DNA of 64,000 bases from an uncultured delta proteobacterium (lineage in GTDB: Bacteria > Myxococcota_A > Polyangia > Polyangiales > Polyangiaceae): positions 352,001-416,000 of the forward strand of contig CAVOKF010000006.1 in NCBI GenBank assembly GCA_963696385.1. The letters run 5' to 3'. How positions within the stretch are numbered: position 1 is the stretch's first letter; every line of letters starts with the position of its first letter. Shown here piece after piece: positions 61,174-64,000 of the stretch. Under the pieces are notes generated by a model. The model was not told the origin of the DNA and did no database searches. It saw nothing but the letters and a program-made list of their open reading frames with translations. A program made the translations under genes and the position numbers.

Positions 61174-63599
61174 ACGGCCATGACCGGCGAGGGGTCACGA
61201 TGAGGCGTCGAGCGGGATTCTTGCGTCTCGGACGTTGGGTGGGGTTCGCCGTCTTTTGGGCGGTGGGTGCTTGCGCGCCGGCTGCCGCACCCGTGCCGCC
61301 GCTGTCGCGATCCGCCCCTGGCTCGGCCACCGCGGTCGGCCGGGCCAGGCCCTCGTACCGGGATCCGACCGCTTCCGTCGCCGATCGCGTCTCCGACTTG
61401 CTCGCGCGCATGACGATCGAGGAGAAGGTGGCGCAGCTGGAGTCGGTCAACTGGGAGCACACGCGTCTCGACGACCCAGAGACCCATCGGTTCTCTCCGG
61501 CCCTGGCGCGCAAGCTCGTCTCGAACGGCATCGGGGAAGTGACGCGGCCCGGCGATCGCCACGACGCGCGCGGTGCCGTCGATTTCGCGAACGCACTCCA
61601 GAAATACCTCGTCGGTGAGACGCGCCTCGGCATCCCCGCGCTCTTGCACGAGGAGGCGCTCCACGGTCTGGTCGCTCCGGGCGGCACGAGCTTTCCGGTT
61701 CCGATCGCGCTCGCCGCGACGTTCGACCCCGATCTGGTCGAAGACGTCTTCACGGTCGCCGCGCGGCAGGCCCGCCGCCGGGGCGTCGAGCACGTGCTCG
61801 CTCCGGTGTTGGATGTGGCACGGGACCCGCGCTGGGGCCGGATCGAAGAGACCTACGGCGAAGACCCGTACCTGGTCGCGCGCGTCGGCGTCGCCGCCGT
61901 TCGCGGCTTCCAAGGGCGCCGGCCGGCGGGAGCGCCGATAGGCGCCGACCGCGTGTTGGCCACAGCCAAGCACTTCGCGGCGCACGGCCAGCCCGAAGGC
62001 GGCCGCAACACGGCACCGGGCAACTACTCCGCGCACGTGCTCCGAGAAGTGTTCTTCGTGCCCTTCGAGGCGGCGGTGCGCGAGGCGGGCGTGGGGAGCG
62101 TCATGGCGAGCTACAACGAAGTCGACGGCGTGCCTTCGCACGACAATCCGTGGCTGTTGCGCAGTGTTCTGCGGGGCGAGTGGGGTTTCTCCGGACTCGT
62201 CGTGTCGGACTATTTCGGCATCGCCGAGCTCGATCGAAAGCATCACGTCGCAGCCGACCTGCCCGATGCCGGGCGCAAGGCGCTCGAGGCGGGCGTCGAC
62301 CTCGAGCTGCCCGAGCCCGAGGGTTACCGGACGCTCGTCGACGACGTGCGCGCGGGGCGCGTGTCCGAGGCTCGAATCGACGAAGCGGTGGCGCACGTTC
62401 TCCGCGCGAAGTTCACGGTGGGCCTCTTCGAGCATCCCACCGTCAATCCCGAGGTCGAATCCGAACGGCCGAGCGATCGGGCCCTCGCCCTCAGGTCTGC
62501 CGAAGAGGCCATCATCCTCTTGAAGAACGACGGGGGCCTTTTGCCTCTCGACGCGAACCGCATCCGGTCGATCGCCGTGATCGGTCCGAACGCGGGCGGA
62601 TGCCGCCTGGGCGGCTACAGCGGCCATCCCGAACGTGTGGTGAGCGTTCTTCAAGCCATTGCGGCGCGTCTCGACGGGCGGGCGAAAGTCTTGTCGGCGC
62701 CCGGCTGCGGCCTCACGAAAGCCGACCGGGGGTGGGTCGACGACGCCGTCGAGCTCGCCGACGACGCGGACGACGGGCGCGCCGTAGCCTTTGCGGCGAA
62801 GCTTGCGGCGTCGGCCGACGTGACGCTGCTCGTGCTCGGCCAAAACGAGCAGCTGTCGCGAGAGGGATGGGCCGACAATCACCGCGGCGATCGCATGAGC
62901 CTCGGTCTCGTAGGACGCCAAATGGATCTGTTTCGGGCGGTCGTCGCGACGCGCCGCCCGACGGTCGTGCTCTTGATTCACGGCGGTCCGCTTTCGGTTC
63001 CGGATCTCGCCCAGTCGGCGCAAGCCATTCTCGACGGCTTCTACCTGGGCGAGGAGACGGGCACGGCGGTCGCGGCGGTCCTCTTCGGCGACGTCAGTCC
63101 TGCAGGCCGCCTGCCCGTTTCGATCCCGCGGTCCGTCGGAGTTCTGCCCGCGTATTACAACTACAAGCCTTCGGCGCGGCGTCCGTACCTCTTCGAGGAC
63201 CCCGGCCCATTGTGGCCGTTCGGCTTCGGTCTGGCCTACACGTCGTTTCACTACGGCGGGCTTGCCCTCACGCCAGCCCGCATCCCCGCCGATGGCCATA
63301 CGACGGTGAGCGTCGACGTCACGAACGTGGGTGCGCGCGCGTCCGACGAGGTCGTGGAGCTCTACGTCCGCGACCTCGTGAGCTCCGTGACGCGTCCGGT
63401 GCGCGAGCTGAAAGGCTTCCGCCGCATTCACCTCGGACCCGGTGAGTCCAAGCGCGTCGAGATGGTCCTCGGACCCGAGGAGCTCTCCTTCTTTGACGCC
63501 GCGATGAACCGGATCGTCGAGCCGGGCGCGTTCGACGTGATGGTGGGTCCGAGCTCGGCGGACGTCCAAACCGTTCGGCTCGAGGTCACGGCGCATTAG
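61170..63599 (+). CDS. GH3 beta-glucosidase/xylosidase, exported lipoprotein
   Basis: RRRAGFL Tat-like motif and VGAC lipobox; EEALHG, RDPRWGRIEETYGEDP, KHF, VSDY, Fn3-like domain; start 61170 or 61200. Confidence 0.94.
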   Translation: MNGHDRRGVTMRRRAGFLRLGRWVGFAVFWAVGACAPAAAPVPPLSRSAPGSATAVGRARPSYRDPTASVADRVSDLLARMTIEEKVAQLESVNWEHTRLDDPETHRFSPALARKLVSNGIGEVTRPGDRHDARGAVDFANALQKYLVGETRLGIPALLHEEALHGLVAPGGTSFPVPIALAATFDPDLVEDVFTVAARQARRRGVEHVLAPVLDVARDPRWGRIEETYGEDPYLVARVGVAAVRGFQGRRPAGAPIGADRVLATAKHFAAHGQPEGGRNTAPGNYSAHVLREVFFVPFEAAVREAGVGSVMASYNEVDGVPSHDNPWLLRSVLRGEWGFSGLVVSDYFGIAELDRKHHVAADLPDAGRKALEAGVDLELPEPEGYRTLVDDVRAGRVSEARIDEAVAHVLRAKFTVGLFEHPTVNPEVESERPSDRALALRSAEEAIILLKNDGGLLPLDANRIRSIAVIGPNAGGCRLGGYSGHPERVVSVLQAIAARLDGRAKVLSAPGCGLTKADRGWVDDAVELADDADDGRAVAFAAKLAASADVTLLVLGQNEQLSREGWADNHRGDRMSLGLVGRQMDLFRAVVATRRPTVVLLIHGGPLSVPDLAQSAQAILDGFYLGEETGTAVAAVLFGDVSPAGRLPVSIPRSVGVLPAYYNYKPSARRPYLFEDPGPLWPFGFGLAYTSFHYGGLALTPARIPADGHTTVSVDVTNVGARASDEVVELYVRDLVSSVTRPVRELKGFRRIHLGPGESKRVEMVLGPEELSFFDAAMNRIVEPGAFDVMVGPSSADVQTVRLEVTAH

Positions 63600-63827
63600 A
63601 CGGTCGCCGGGGAGATGCTCGCCTCGTGCTCGTCGGCGGCACTGCCGAGAGGTTGCCACAAGGCGGGCGTTTTGGCCTTGGCTCACTCTCGGGCCGGGGG
63701 CCTCGTCTCGCCGACCGCGCATCGCGGCGCGCGGCGGCTAAAGCGGCCCGTTCCGGTGTCGCAAAAAAATGGTGGTGAACGAAACGCGGACGATGCGAAG
63801 ACCCGCGATTGGCAGGCAGAAAGCACT

Positions 63828-63849
63828 ATGGTAAGTCGTCTTAACTTTT
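63828..63849. promoter_or_regulatory. Putative ROK/XylR operator box 4
   Basis: ATG-GTAA-GTCGTCT-TAAC-TTTT. Confidence 0.5.
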
Positions 63850-63877
63850 ACGGGCGAGGGGCCTTCTGCAGAGTGAG

Positions 63878-64000
63878 ATGGCGCGAACGCTGCATGCCAT
63901 GAAAGGTGTCGCCTTCGGGACGGCATGCGTCTCCGTCCTCGCGTCGCGCATGGCGTCTGGGGCCCTGACGGAGGGCGACGGCGGCGTTGGTTCTGTGCCT
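63878..64000 (+). CDS. Possible 5' end of a gene running off the window
   Basis: Open frame MARTLHAMKGVAFGTAC.. just downstream of operator-like box 4. Confidence 0.3.
   Translation, partial: MARTLHAMKGVAFGTACVSVLASRMASGALTEGDGGVGSVP

Overview
High-GC bacterial chromosomal window, most likely from a Myxococcota/Polyangiaceae-type organism. That assignment is inferred from ECF-FecR cassettes, many Cys-rich 'DAG/DGG' lipoproteins, a Hanks kinase, an FHA-GGDEF protein and sigma54-type promoters. Contents in order: (1) 0-7 kb, an ECF sigma/FecR-TPR/beta-barrel-like cassette, Cys-rich lipoproteins, an orphan ECF and a diguanylate cyclase; (2) 7-17 kb, a group 3b (sulfhydrogenase-type) [NiFe]-hydrogenase operon with an embedded cNMP-binding gene, a protease and hypAFCDE, lacking hypB and carrying two single-base frameshifts; (3) 17-35 kb, secreted and lipoprotein genes, an MgdE-like hydroxylase-SDR fusion, a second paralogous ECF cassette, a clan GH-A hydrolase, an ICL/PEP-mutase enzyme, a Ser/Thr kinase and a phosphoesterase; (4) 35-45 kb, amtB, a BON protein, YbhB, pfkA and ppsA, several preceded by sigma54-type promoters and a shared tandem GCA-N5-TGC enhancer-like motif; (5) 45-64 kb, a xylose/hemicellulose-oligosaccharide locus (xylA, ROK xylR, xylB, ABC transporters, GH95, two GH3) with four related AT-rich operator-like boxes. 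Several intergenic CGACC-type microsatellites are present. No rRNA, tRNA, CRISPR array or transposase was recognised. All family calls come from motif recognition by eye, not from database searches.
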